Below, one piece after another: positions 1-10,003 of a stretch of DNA of 64,000 nucleotides. The notes beneath the pieces were generated by a model. It was not told the origin of the DNA. It saw only the letters and a program-made list of their open reading frames with translations, and ran no database searches. The translations under genes and the position numbers were made by a program. Origin of the DNA: Arenicellales bacterium (GTDB lineage Bacteria; Pseudomonadota; Gammaproteobacteria; Arenicellales; JAJDZL01); NCBI GenBank assembly GCA_965262855.1, contig OZ253563.1, positions 278,228 to 342,227 of the forward strand, given 5' to 3'. How positions within the stretch are numbered: position 1 is the stretch's first letter; each line of letters opens with the position of its first letter.

Positions 1-324
1 GATGGGCTGGTCGCTGACTTGTCGCACATTCTTAATGCCAGCAATGTCGGTGCAACAATCGATCTCGAGAGTATTCCAACTTCAAATGTATACAGAAATC
101 TTATGCCGAAAATTGGCTGGGATCATGCGCTGGCACATGGCGATGACTATGAGTTGTGTTTTACATTGTCGCAGGAGGTCGCGATGATGTACGCAGAACT
201 GAAGTTTGAGACTGGCGTTCCAATCAGCCGCATAGGGACTGTAGTAAAGCAACCGGGTCTTGTGATTAAGAATTCATCTGGAGAAATTTACCAGACTAAA
301 ACGCCTGGCTACTCTCATTTTTAG
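1..324 (+). CDS. thiL: Thiamine-monophosphate kinase, C-terminal part (gene runs off the left edge)
   Basis: Frame 1 is open from base 1 (DGLVADLSHILNAS...). It carries the ThiL-type C-terminal motif HGDDYELCFT and is followed directly by pgpA, the usual thiL-pgpA pairing. Confidence 0.75.
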   Translation, partial: DGLVADLSHILNASNVGATIDLESIPTSNVYRNLMPKIGWDHALAHGDDYELCFTLSQEVAMMYAELKFETGVPISRIGTVVKQPGLVIKNSSGEIYQTKTPGYSHF

Positions 325-341
325 AAATTGAAGACTGCTCC

Positions 342-824
342 GTGAATCGTTCCAGCTTTCGGAGGATCGCAAGAAACCCCCTTCATTGGATTTCGTGTGG
401 ATTCGGAACAGGTTTTGTCCCCAAAGTTCCGGGTACAGCTGGCACTCTGGTTGCAGTTCCGATTGTCTTACTGTTACAGTCGTTTTCAACACCTATTCAT
501 CTCACCATCTTGGTATCGATGTTTGTACTTGGGTGTGTGGTTTGTCAATTCACTGCGTTGGCTTTAAATCGGGGAGACCCTGGTGCAGTGGTTTGGGATG
601 AGATTACCGGCTACTGCATTGCGATGGTGTTCATTCCAGCGACGTGGACATTGATGATTCTAGCTTTCGTGATTTTCCGTTTGCTCGATATATTCAAACC
701 ATGGCCAATTTCTCTAGCAGAGAAGAAGGTGTCTGGTGGAATCGGAATCATGCTCGATGATTTAATCGCAGGTGTCCTTACCAACTTGTTTTTACAAGTT
801 CTGATCGCCGCCAACGTCTTGTAG
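342..824 (+). CDS. pgpA: Phosphatidylglycerophosphatase A
   Basis: 160 aa. Has the GFGTGFVPKVPGTAGTL motif and hydrophobic segments typical of PgpA; sits downstream of thiL. Confidence 0.85.
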   Translation: MNRSSFRRIARNPLHWISCGFGTGFVPKVPGTAGTLVAVPIVLLLQSFSTPIHLTILVSMFVLGCVVCQFTALALNRGDPGAVVWDEITGYCIAMVFIPATWTLMILAFVIFRLLDIFKPWPISLAEKKVSGGIGIMLDDLIAGVLTNLFLQVLIAANVL

Positions 825-849
825 TGTTCAAGAATTCCAGAAAATAAAG

Positions 850-875
850 CATGTGCCAATTTGGTGCATGTTTTT
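850..875 (+). terminator. Candidate rho-independent terminator after pgpA
   Basis: Stem CATGTGCC / GGTGCATG (two G-U pairs), loop AATTT, then TTTTT. Confidence 0.4.
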
Positions 876-1087
876 GAATGTTTTCACTGTAAACATCTTC
901 CTGTTGCACTGTAATGGTGCGCGTGTGATTTCTGTGTAAATTTATCCTGCGCAATTAATTCAATCGAGTTGATTTTCAATTAATTCTTTCCGCCATTCGT
1001 TTTTGTTCATATTCTGCCGACTCTATTTGCACTTGGAATCGACGTGAAGTTTCCGTCGGTTGCAACTGAATGCCAGGAGGTGAAACC

Positions 1088-1528
1088 ATGGCTAAGAAAA
1101 ACAAAGACAGGGGTCGGACCGCGATCTGGAGCGTACGGACGAAGTGGCGAAATACTTATTTTGTGCTGTTCCACTTCCAGTTGGTGTGGATTATCGTTAG
1201 TTCGGTTTGGAGCTATTTCGGGACGCCACTGGCGTGGGTTACAATATACCAAGAGATTGTAGGCTCAATGTCGAATCAGATAATTGTCCATGCTGCATAT
1301 ACATTATTTTTTACGGAGGCTTACAGAATGTTATCGGACGCGTTTGAACAGTGGCTAAAGAGGTCGCAGAAAGAGAAAGGAATCGCTATCGGAGTGGAGA
1401 TGGGAATCGAACGGGGAATGGAACAGGAGCGAAGCCAGTGGCGCGCGTGGAATATGCGGCGTGAACTTGCACAGTCGGAAGGCCGCGAATTCAACGAACC
1501 ACCACCGAATGGGCCCGATAATCGGTAA
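1088..1528 (+). CDS. Hypothetical membrane protein
   Basis: The ATG at 1088 follows AGGAGGTGAAACC. One hydrophobic segment (YFVLFHFQLVWIIVSSVWSYF). No recognisable family. Confidence 0.4.
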   Translation: MAKKNKDRGRTAIWSVRTKWRNTYFVLFHFQLVWIIVSSVWSYFGTPLAWVTIYQEIVGSMSNQIIVHAAYTLFFTEAYRMLSDAFEQWLKRSQKEKGIAIGVEMGIERGMEQERSQWRAWNMRRELAQSEGREFNEPPPNGPDNR

Positions 1529-1639
1529 ACCATTGACGCTATTGAATTGCCTCATCTATTAACGAAAGATAGATGAATTTAATGTCCAGAAACTACAATA
1601 GCAGCAACCTGAATCTGTAAATTTGACAGTTGTAGTGAT

Positions 1640-2026
1640 ATGAAAATTGGATACAAACAGTTGCTTGATCAAGCAATGTCGGAAATCGAAACGCTCACGG
1701 TTGAAGAAGCCGTTGATTTGCATGCAAAAGACAATGTGCAATTTGTAGATTTACGGGATATTCGAGAACTCAAGCACGAAGGAAAAATTCCAGGGACTTA
1801 CCATATGCCGCGCGGCATGCTGGAGTTCTGGATTGATCCGGAAAGCCCTTATTTCAAGAATGTGTTTTCCGAAGAAAATAAGTTCATCTTTTATTGCAAA
1901 TCGGGTTGGCGGTCGGCTTTGGCAACCCAGACTGCTCAAAGAATGGGATTACAGAGTGTTTGTCATATTGGCGGCGGATTTGACGCCTGGAAAGAGTCCG
2001 GAGCGGAAGTCGAAAAGATTGATTAG
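1640..2026 (+). CDS. Rhodanese-domain sulfurtransferase
   Basis: 128 aa single rhodanese domain with active-site loop CKSGWRS (CxxxxR). Confidence 0.75.
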   Translation: MKIGYKQLLDQAMSEIETLTVEEAVDLHAKDNVQFVDLRDIRELKHEGKIPGTYHMPRGMLEFWIDPESPYFKNVFSEENKFIFYCKSGWRSALATQTAQRMGLQSVCHIGGGFDAWKESGAEVEKID

Positions 2027-2101
2027 CGGGAAGGAAATTGAGAACATTTTCCGATTGTGGTAATCATACGTAGTAGTGATAACTAAATCTAGTAAATTGG
2101 G

Positions 2102-2833
2102 GTGAGTATGAAGTTTAAATTTGTGGTATTGGGCATGGCCGTGGCAGCCATCATTTCTACGAATGCTGTTTCCGACGAGGCATTGGATCGAGTACATAAC
2201 GCGCTCAATTCAATACTTCCGCAAAGTTTGCCTTTGAATTCAGTTATCGAGTCCCCAATTTCGGGTGTTTATGAAGCTTTGATCAATAATCAAATCTACT
2301 ATGTTTTCGAGAAAGACGGATATCTAATCATTGGCGATGCCATTGACTTGCGCAGTGGTGCGAGTTTGAGCGATAAAAAGACCGAGGAGGCTATTTACGG
2401 AGTAGTAAACAGCACACCATCGAGTGATATGGTTGTTTTTGCCGCCGCCGACCCCAAGCGCCATGTCACGGTGTTTACAGATATTGATTGTGGTTACTGC
2501 AGGCGATTTCATCAGGAGGTGCCTCAACTAACTGCTGCCGGCATGGAAGTGCGATACATGGCATTTCCAAGAGCGGGAGTGGAATCTGAAAGCTATAACA
2601 AAATTGTCAATGTGTGGTGTTCCGATGATCAGCAAAAAGCAATGACAGATGCGAAAAATGGAGTGAAATTACCAGCTGCAAGTTGTACGAATCCCGTCTC
2701 CGACCAGTACCGTCAGGGTGTGCAAGCCGGAATCAATGGTACGCCGACCTTGATGCTGGATGATGGCACAATGATCGGCGGATATGTGCCTGCGGATGAA
2801 TTACTTTCTCGAGTTGGATTGAGTTCGAATTAA
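2102..2833 (+). CDS. dsbC: Thiol:disulfide interchange protein, DsbC/DsbG family
   Basis: N-terminal signal peptide, thioredoxin-fold active site DIDCGYCRRFH and a second Cys pair (WCSDD...ASC), as in DsbC. Confidence 0.8.
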   Translation: MSMKFKFVVLGMAVAAIISTNAVSDEALDRVHNALNSILPQSLPLNSVIESPISGVYEALINNQIYYVFEKDGYLIIGDAIDLRSGASLSDKKTEEAIYGVVNSTPSSDMVVFAAADPKRHVTVFTDIDCGYCRRFHQEVPQLTAAGMEVRYMAFPRAGVESESYNKIVNVWCSDDQQKAMTDAKNGVKLPAASCTNPVSDQYRQGVQAGINGTPTLMLDDGTMIGGYVPADELLSRVGLSSN

Positions 2834-2862
2834 TTCAGTTCAGCGGATACTGAATTTTCTCT
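2832..2862 (+). terminator. Candidate rho-independent terminator after dsbC
   Basis: Perfect 8-bp stem AATTCAGT / ACTGAATT, 9-nt loop, followed by the T-rich tract TTCTCTT. Confidence 0.5.
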
Positions 2863-3038
2863 TGCCATTTTCTAATCTTTCTGATTACATTGGATCGCAT
2901 ATCAATTGTTCCTGAGTTGGGAGCAATTGATACCTTAGTTGCCGATCCGATTCGAATGACTAATTACATGCACGACAGGTTCGTCTTAACCGGCGATCCG
3001 GTGGATAATCTATGAATTAAGTTTGCCAGGTACAACAA

Positions 3039-4055
3039 ATGGATGACAGTAAGAAAAAAATTTTACAGGCTACGTTAGGTCAAATTCGACGGCAATTTGG
3101 CCAGGGTTCGATTATGAGATTGGGTGACGATGAAGTAGATCGAACCATCGAAGTAATACCAACCGGTTCTTTGGGGCTGGATATTATTCTCGGAGTAGGT
3201 GGGTTGCCGCGTGGACGAGTAGTTGAGATTTACGGACCCGAAGCATCCGGTAAGACTACCTTGACTCTGTCGGTTGTTGCACAGGCACAAAAGCTCGGAG
3301 GAACTGCGGCCTTCATTGATGCGGAACACGCTTTGAATACAGCCCACGCGGCCTTACTTGGAGTGAATGTGGATGATCTGCTCGTCTCTCAGCCAACCAC
3401 CGGAGAAGAAGCGCTGGAAATTGCTGATCAACTCGTCAAATCCGCAGCGATTGATGTTGTCATAGTGGACTCGGTTGCCGCCCTGACACCGCGAGCTGAG
3501 CTGGACGGAGAAATGGGAGATTCGTTCATGGGGCTGCATGCTCGGTTGATGTCTCAAGCCCTGCGAAAACTGACCGGTAGCATTAGCAAATCCAAAACAC
3601 TGGTCATATTCATTAACCAGATTCGTATGAAGATTGGTCAGATTTACGGCAGTCCGGAAGTAACGACGGGTGGAAATGCACTGAAGTTTTATGCATCTGT
3701 GAGGATTGATATTCGGAGAATTGGAGCGATTAAGAAAGGCGATGAAATTATCGGCAATCAGACTCGTGTAAAGCTTGTCAAGAACAAGGTTGCACCTCCA
3801 TTCAAGCAATGCGAGTTCGACATGATTTTCAGTGAGGGCATTTCAAAAGAAGGTGAATTGATTGATTTAGGCGTTGAACACAAAATTGTCGAACGCGCTG
3901 GTGCATGGTACAGTTATGGCGACACTCGCATTGGTCAAGGGCGGGATAATGCGCGAATGTTTTTAATGGAAAATCAAGAAATTGCCGATCAAATTGAATC
4001 TCAGATCCGGCAAAAATTAACCGTCGACAAACAAGCGGAAGTGACAGCCAAGTGA
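3039..4055 (+). CDS. recA: Recombinase A
   Basis: Canonical RecA sequence, including Walker [10 protein letters not shown] and [10 protein letters not shown]. Confidence 0.97.
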   Translation: MDDSKKKILQATLGQIRRQFGQGSIMRLGDDEVDRTIEVIPTGSLGLDIILGVGGLPRGRVVEIYGPEASGKTTLTLSVVAQAQKLGGTAAFIDAEHALNTAHAALLGVNVDDLLVSQPTTGEEALEIADQLVKSAAIDVVIVDSVAALTPRAELDGEMGDSFMGLHARLMSQALRKLTGSISKSKTLVIFINQIRMKIGQIYGSPEVTTGGNALKFYASVRIDIRRIGAIKKGDEIIGNQTRVKLVKNKVAPPFKQCEFDMIFSEGISKEGELIDLGVEHKIVERAGAWYSYGDTRIGQGRDNARMFLMENQEIADQIESQIRQKLTVDKQAEVTAK

Positions 4056-4069
4056 ACCCCTAGCAGGGT

Positions 4070-4531
4070 ATGAAAAATTTCAAGGAAACACAGGAACAGG
4101 CAGCCAGATTTCTGGTTCGTCGCGAATATTGCCGAAACGAACTAGTGCAGAAACTTGTCAGCAGAGGCTCGAGCCTTGAAGTGGCTGAGCAGGTTGTGGA
4201 TGACCTGCAAGAAAGAAATATGGTCAATGACGAGAGATTTACGGAAAATCTGATTCGGGTACGCAGGATGCGAGGATATGGACCAATGAGAATCGAGGCG
4301 GAGTTAAGTCGTCTTGGAGTTGCCTCGGAAGTGATTGCGAATCACTTAAATCAGAATGATGAGCAATGGCACGAACAAGTCGTAAATGTAGCGGAACGTA
4401 AATATCACAGTCGGCCCATCGAGAATTTCAAAGAATGGGCAAAACGGGCAAACTTTTTAAGAAGCAGAGGATTTACTTCCTCTCAGATTCACGAGGCTAT
4501 CGGAAGATACTCGGATATCCGACAGGCTTAG
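4070..4531 (+). CDS. recX: RecA regulator RecX
   Basis: 153 aa helical-repeat protein immediately downstream of recA (RFLVRREYCRNEL..., RGFTSSQI). Confidence 0.85.
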   Translation: MKNFKETQEQAARFLVRREYCRNELVQKLVSRGSSLEVAEQVVDDLQERNMVNDERFTENLIRVRRMRGYGPMRIEAELSRLGVASEVIANHLNQNDEQWHEQVVNVAERKYHSRPIENFKEWAKRANFLRSRGFTSSQIHEAIGRYSDIRQA

Positions 4532-4543
4532 CAAGCTGAAACC

Positions 4544-7132
4544 ATGAAAACCATAGAATTGAGAAGACTCTTTCTGGAGTACTTTCGCGAACGCGGGCAT
4601 GAAGTTGTGCCTAGCAGTCCTTTGGTGCCAGGAAATGATCCCACTTTGCACTTTACGAATTCCGGCATGGTGCAATTCAAGGATGTATTCTTGGGAACCG
4701 ACAAGCGTCCGTACAATCGTGCCGTTACTTCGCAGAGATGCGTTCGTGCGGGCGGGAAGCATAACGATCTGGAAAACGTCGGATATACCGCTCGACATCA
4801 TACTTTCTTTGAGATGTTGGGTAATTTTAGTTTTGGCGATTATTTCAAGCGCGAGGCGATTCACTATGCCTGGAATTTGCTAACGCGCGAAATCTCCCTG
4901 CCGGAAGATCGGTTATGGGTAACGGTGTATTCAGAAGATGACGAGTCGGCGGATGTCTGGTTGAATGAGATCGGAATTCCATCCGAAAGGTTCGCACGGA
5001 TCGCTACTTCGGATAATTTCTGGTCAATGGGCGATACAGGCCCTTGTGGACCGTGTTCTGAGATTTTTTACGATCACGGGCCGGAAATTGAAGGTGGACC
5101 TCCAGGTACCCCAGAACAGGATGGCGACCGATACGTAGAATTGTGGAATCTCGTGTTTATGCAATTCGAACGTTTCTCTGACGGCACCATGGAACCGCTG
5201 CCAAAGCCTTCAGTTGATACGGGAATGGGACTGGAAAGAATTGCGACAGTCATGCAAAAGGTGTATAGCAACTACGATATTGATCTTTTTCGTGCTCTGA
5301 TTGAAGCTGCTGCACAAATCGTAGGGACGCAGGAACGAGACAGTAAATCTTTGCGAGTAATTTCAGACCATATTCGGTCTGCGGCATTCTTGATTACCGA
5401 TGGGGTTACACCTTCCAATGAAAATCGCGGCTATGTGCTTCGCAGGATCATTCGCCGAGCCATACGGCATGGTTATCAACTCGGCTGCAAAGAGCCTTTC
5501 TTCCACAAGTTGACCGGAGCTGTGGTTGAGCAGATGGGTGACGCCTATCCTGAACTTCAGCATGCGCAGAGCAAGGTTGAAGGGGTTTTACTCAGAGAAG
5601 GTGAAAGATTCTCAAAAACTCTGGATCAAGGCCTGAAGATGCTGGACCGAGAATTGAGTTCGCTGTCAGGTGATGTATTGCCTGGTGAAATTGCCTTTCG
5701 CCTGTACGATACGTACGGATTTCCAGTGGATCTTACCACTGATTTTCTGCGAGAACGAGATTTGACCGTTGATATGGAGGGATTCGAACGTTCCATGCAG
5801 GAACAACGTGAAAGAGCAAAATCCGCGAGCAGGTTTGACGCTGTCGCGGCCTCTGCTACAACCGTAAATGTAGAAGTTGAATTTAGTGGCTATCGTACGC
5901 TTGAACAGGATAGCGAAATTGTAGCAATATTGGTTGAAGACTCTCAGGCACAATCCGTTAAGCAGGATCAGAAGGCCGTCTTAGTGCTCAATGTGACGCC
6001 ATTCTACGCAGAAAGCGGAGGTCAGGTTGGAGATACGGGAATTATCTGTGCCAACGGCAGCGAGTTTATCGTAGAAGATACGCAATATCTCTCGAATAAA
6101 GTCATCGGGCATATTGGACACGTAGCAGCGGGAGAATTCGCAACTGGGAAAAATGTCTGTGCTCAGGTAAATACAGGAAAACGCAAGTCCACGATGAAAA
6201 ATCATTCAGCGACTCATCTGCTTCATGCTGCCTTGAAAAATGTTCTTGGGCCACATGTTCAACAGAAAGGTTCGTTGGTTGCGCCAGATCGCCTAAGGTT
6301 TGATTTTTCCCATGATGGAGCACTTAGCAATCAGGAAATTCTGCAAATCGAATCACAAGTCAATGACGAAATTCGTACTAACTCGCAGGTATCCAGTTCA
6401 TGGATGGAACTGGAAGAAGCGAAAGCACAGGGAGCAGATGCGCTCTTCGGCGAGAAATATGATTCGGAAGTCCGTGTCATCGAGATGGGACCATATTCGA
6501 TGGAACTATGTGGAGGTACTCATGTGGAGCGAACCGGTGACATCGGCTTGTTCAGAATCATTCAGGAGTCGAGCATAGCTTCCGGAATTCGCCGCATTGA
6601 AGCGCTGACAGGAACGGATGCGGTACAGCGAATGCAGGCTGACTCACAGCTTCTTGGCCAAGTGGCCAGAACTCTGCATACCGGAGTAGGTGATGTTCAG
6701 GAGAAAGTCGAACAGATGGTTCAGACCAATCGGGCTATGGACAGGCAAATTTCCGACTTGAAAACTCAGCTGGCAACCGGCGGCAATGGAGTGGCAGATT
6801 TACCAATTAGGTCTGTGGGAGACGTACAGTTGCTGGTCTCCAGGCACGACGGAATTGATGTTAAAGATTTGCGTAAGATCATGGCTCGCATGCAGCAGAA
6901 AGTTGAATCTGGGGTCGTGGTATTGGGGTCTGTCAATAACGGCAAAGCGACTCTGTTATGCTCCGTATCCGACGACTTGGTTGACCGTTTGCATGCCGGT
7001 AAGATTATCAGCAAGATCTCTCCTTTGGTCGGGGGAAATGGTGGTGGCAAGCCGCAAATGGCTCAAGGCGGTGGTACCGAAGGGGAAAAAATCGATATTG
7101 CGCTCGATGCTGTGGCCGAAGCGATCGCTTGA
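4544..7132 (+). CDS. alaS: Alanine--tRNA ligase
   Basis: 862 aa with class II AlaRS motifs (FTNSGMVQFK, RHHTFFEMLGNFSFGDYFK) and editing-domain HSATHLLH. Confidence 0.97.
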   Translation: MKTIELRRLFLEYFRERGHEVVPSSPLVPGNDPTLHFTNSGMVQFKDVFLGTDKRPYNRAVTSQRCVRAGGKHNDLENVGYTARHHTFFEMLGNFSFGDYFKREAIHYAWNLLTREISLPEDRLWVTVYSEDDESADVWLNEIGIPSERFARIATSDNFWSMGDTGPCGPCSEIFYDHGPEIEGGPPGTPEQDGDRYVELWNLVFMQFERFSDGTMEPLPKPSVDTGMGLERIATVMQKVYSNYDIDLFRALIEAAAQIVGTQERDSKSLRVISDHIRSAAFLITDGVTPSNENRGYVLRRIIRRAIRHGYQLGCKEPFFHKLTGAVVEQMGDAYPELQHAQSKVEGVLLREGERFSKTLDQGLKMLDRELSSLSGDVLPGEIAFRLYDTYGFPVDLTTDFLRERDLTVDMEGFERSMQEQRERAKSASRFDAVAASATTVNVEVEFSGYRTLEQDSEIVAILVEDSQAQSVKQDQKAVLVLNVTPFYAESGGQVGDTGIICANGSEFIVEDTQYLSNKVIGHIGHVAAGEFATGKNVCAQVNTGKRKSTMKNHSATHLLHAALKNVLGPHVQQKGSLVAPDRLRFDFSHDGALSNQEILQIESQVNDEIRTNSQVSSSWMELEEAKAQGADALFGEKYDSEVRVIEMGPYSMELCGGTHVERTGDIGLFRIIQESSIASGIRRIEALTGTDAVQRMQADSQLLGQVARTLHTGVGDVQEKVEQMVQTNRAMDRQISDLKTQLATGGNGVADLPIRSVGDVQLLVSRHDGIDVKDLRKIMARMQQKVESGVVVLGSVNNGKATLLCSVSDDLVDRLHAGKIISKISPLVGGNGGGKPQMAQGGGTEGEKIDIALDAVAEAIA

Positions 7133-7200
7133 ATCGCATTGGTCTGACAACAGCAAGATTCTATATTCGCAGCATTGATGAATTATTTCGTGTTTGGTAG

Positions 7201-8463
7201 TTGATTGTGGCACTGGTCGTAGAAAAATTCGGTGGGTCGTCGGTTGGCAGTATTGAGCGGCTCAACAGGGTCGCGAAGCGGGTACAGCGAACCAAGGCGG
7301 ATGGCTACGATGTAGTCGTAGTGCTGTCGGCAATGGGAGGGGAAACCAACCGCCTCATTGAATTGGCAAAACAGATTGACGGCAATCCGACACTTCGAGA
7401 ATTGGACATGCTGATGTCGACTGGTGAGCAACAGTCAATTGCATTGCTGAGCATGGTGTTGAATCGAGATGGTTGCCCGGCAAAGTCCTACACTGGCAGC
7501 CAGGTTCCCATCATTACAAATGAAATGTACGGCAAGGCCCGAGTTCAGAGCATTGAGGCGGAGCGCATTCTTCGCGAGCTCGAAAAGGGATCGGTCATCG
7601 TCGTAGCGGGATTTCAGGGCATCTCTGCAAATGGAGAGATTACTACGCTTGGCCGAGGCGGTTCGGATACAACCGCTGTAGCACTCGCAGCGGCACTGAA
7701 TGCAGAGGAATGTCGCATTTATACAGATGTTGACGGTGTTATGACTGCAGACCCGCGTGTTGTACCGGAGGCCCGGGTTCTGGAGCGAATTACAGCCGAG
7801 GAAATGCTGGAATTGTCCAGTCTCGGTGCCAAGGTAATGCAGAACCGAGCGATGGAGTTCGCACATAAATTTGGAGTTCCGGTGCGTGTACTGTCATCTT
7901 TTCACGATACGCCGGGTACATTGATTACCTCGGAGGAATCAACTATGGAACAACCCAAAATTACCGGGATTGCTTACAACATCAATGAAGCCAAATTGAC
8001 TATTCGGAATGTGCCGGACCAACCAGGAGTAGCATCCAAGGTTTTTGGCCCGATAGCCGATGCTCATATAAACGTGGACATGATCATCCAGAATGTTGGA
8101 ACTGACAACAATACTGATTTGACGTTCACCGTCGATCGCAGCGAATTTCAAAATAGCCTAAATTTAATCCAAAACATCTTGCCGGAAATCGGTGCCGAGG
8201 ACATTGTTGCAGCAGACAATATTGCAAAAATTTCTCTGGTTGGGGTAGGGATGCGGTCTCACACTGGGATTGCCACCACAATGTTTACAACGTTGGCAGC
8301 TGAAGGAATCAATATTCAAATGATTTCTACATCCGAGATAAAAATATCTGTCATAGTGGATGAGAAATATGTGGAACTCGGAGTCAGAGCGCTCCATCAA
8401 GCGTTCAAATTGAGCGGCGACGATGCTCCCTTGCGCGAAAATGCGCCACAGCGGGAACTTTGA
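7201..8463 (+). CDS. lysC: Aspartate kinase
   Basis: VEKFGGSSV N-terminus, GRGGSDTTA motif and two C-terminal ACT-like repeats. The start may be the GTG at 7207. Confidence 0.93.
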   Translation: MIVALVVEKFGGSSVGSIERLNRVAKRVQRTKADGYDVVVVLSAMGGETNRLIELAKQIDGNPTLRELDMLMSTGEQQSIALLSMVLNRDGCPAKSYTGSQVPIITNEMYGKARVQSIEAERILRELEKGSVIVVAGFQGISANGEITTLGRGGSDTTAVALAAALNAEECRIYTDVDGVMTADPRVVPEARVLERITAEEMLELSSLGAKVMQNRAMEFAHKFGVPVRVLSSFHDTPGTLITSEESTMEQPKITGIAYNINEAKLTIRNVPDQPGVASKVFGPIADAHINVDMIIQNVGTDNNTDLTFTVDRSEFQNSLNLIQNILPEIGAEDIVAADNIAKISLVGVGMRSHTGIATTMFTTLAAEGINIQMISTSEIKISVIVDEKYVELGVRALHQAFKLSGDDAPLRENAPQREL

Positions 8464-8659
8464 ATCTTGATGTAGATGAGCCCCGTCTTGTGTCAGGACG
8501 AATATCAGCCAATTCAGTTGAACCATACCTATAATACAGTCGTTTTAGACTGGTTTGAGTCTGACAAATTGTAGCGTCAGCAAGTGCGTTTGACATCGGA
8601 ATGGAGTAACCGCATATAAATCCTATGAAGAGCGTGAACTCATGTAAATATGAATACTG

Positions 8660-8881
8660 ATGGAGGAAAACAAAATTGTGTTAATACTGACAAGAAGGAT
8701 TGGTGAGTCGGTAATAATTAACGAAGACATAACGGTTACTGTACTAGGAATCAAGGGAAACCAGATTCGCGTTGGCATAGATGCGCCTAGACATGTATCC
8801 GTACATCGTGAAGAAATTTACCAGCGCATGAAGACGGAAGAATTAGAAGAAGAAGAAGAAGAGGCGACACCGAATCGCTGA
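8660..8881 (+). CDS. csrA: Carbon storage regulator CsrA, with an acidic C-terminal tail
   Basis: [47 protein letters not shown] is canonical CsrA. The real start is probably the GTG at 8678. The tail [14 protein letters not shown] is unusual. Confidence 0.9.
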   Translation: MEENKIVLILTRRIGESVIINEDITVTVLGIKGNQIRVGIDAPRHVSVHREEIYQRMKTEELEEEEEEATPNR

Positions 8882-8925
8882 GAGTTTGTATTTCTGTAAA
8901 GATAAGTTGATTAGATATCTCCCTT

Positions 8926-9016
<91 letters not shown>

Positions 9017-9064
9017 AACGTCAATCGTCAAGTTTATGAAACTGCACGAAAGACTCATTGAAAA

Positions 9065-9141
9065 GCGCCCGTAGCTCAGCTGGATAGAGTACCAGACTAC
9101 GAATCTGGGAGTCGGGGGTTCGAATCCCTCCGGGCGCGCCA
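9065..9141 (+). tRNA. tRNA-Arg (anticodon ACG)
   Basis: Manual cloverleaf: acceptor GCGCCCG/CGGGCGC, anticodon stem-loop CCAGA-CTACGAA-TCTGG, T-loop TTCGAAT, encoded CCA. Confidence 0.9.
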
Positions 9142-9204
9142 GGATTTACACCCACCTGCCTCAATGGAACAAAAGATGGACTTTACGAAGTGAACGGAAC
9201 TTAA

Positions 9205-9932
9205 ATGTGTGGTCGGTTTAATATTCTGACTGATGTCGATGCACTGTTGACGACATTCAATATCTTGGAAAACGATTCGACACTCGCTCCGTTCAAGCCT
9301 CGATACAACATCAGCCCGACTTCCCGCAGTACGGCGGTGAATTCAGCGGATGAGACTTTGCTGACAAAAATTCCGATTGTCCGGCTTGAAGACGACAAAC
9401 GTTTGGTTCTGAGATCAGCAATTTGGCCGCTGATTCCGGCTTGGTCCAAGGGTGAGGTGCCGAAAAAGTATTCAATGGCGAATGCACGTTCGCAAAACAT
9501 GCGCGAACTTGTCAGTTATATGGGAGGAGATGTTTGATTCCCGCAACCGGATTTTATGAATGGCAGATTGTCTCCCAGCAAAGAACCAAACAACCTTGGC
9601 ATATTCAGCACAAGGAACACGAGATCATGAGTTTTGCAGGGTTGTGGGAAAGAGGTAAAACTGAGGATGGCACAGAATATGAATCTTGCACTATCGTTAC
9701 TACTGAAGCGAATTCGCTAATGGCCACAATTCACAATTCAAACAGACGAATGCCAGTCATCATTGATCCAGAACTCAGAGACCAATGGCTCTTCAGTGAT
9801 CTCGAAACCGCGTACCAGATGACAAAAACCTATGAAGACGACAGGCTCAAGGCGTATCCAATTTCAACGCGTGTCAACAATCCCACCTACACTCAACGTG
9901 ACTGCATTGATCCGATTGAATTCGATCAATAG
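9205..9932 (+). pseudogene. SOS-response-associated peptidase (SRAP/YedK family), split by a frameshift
   Basis: The N-terminal ORF begins with the catalytic MCGRF and reaches ANARSQNM. The family motif RRCLIPATGFYEW appears in a different frame from about 9515. The two ORFs (9205-9537 and 9534-9932) together make one SRAP protein. Confidence 0.75.
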
Positions 9933-10003
9933 TCACAATTCACTCTAGATCAATCCCTGAAATCAACTCCTAGGCGTCCAATTTCGCCGATCATGCGTCC
10001 ACT

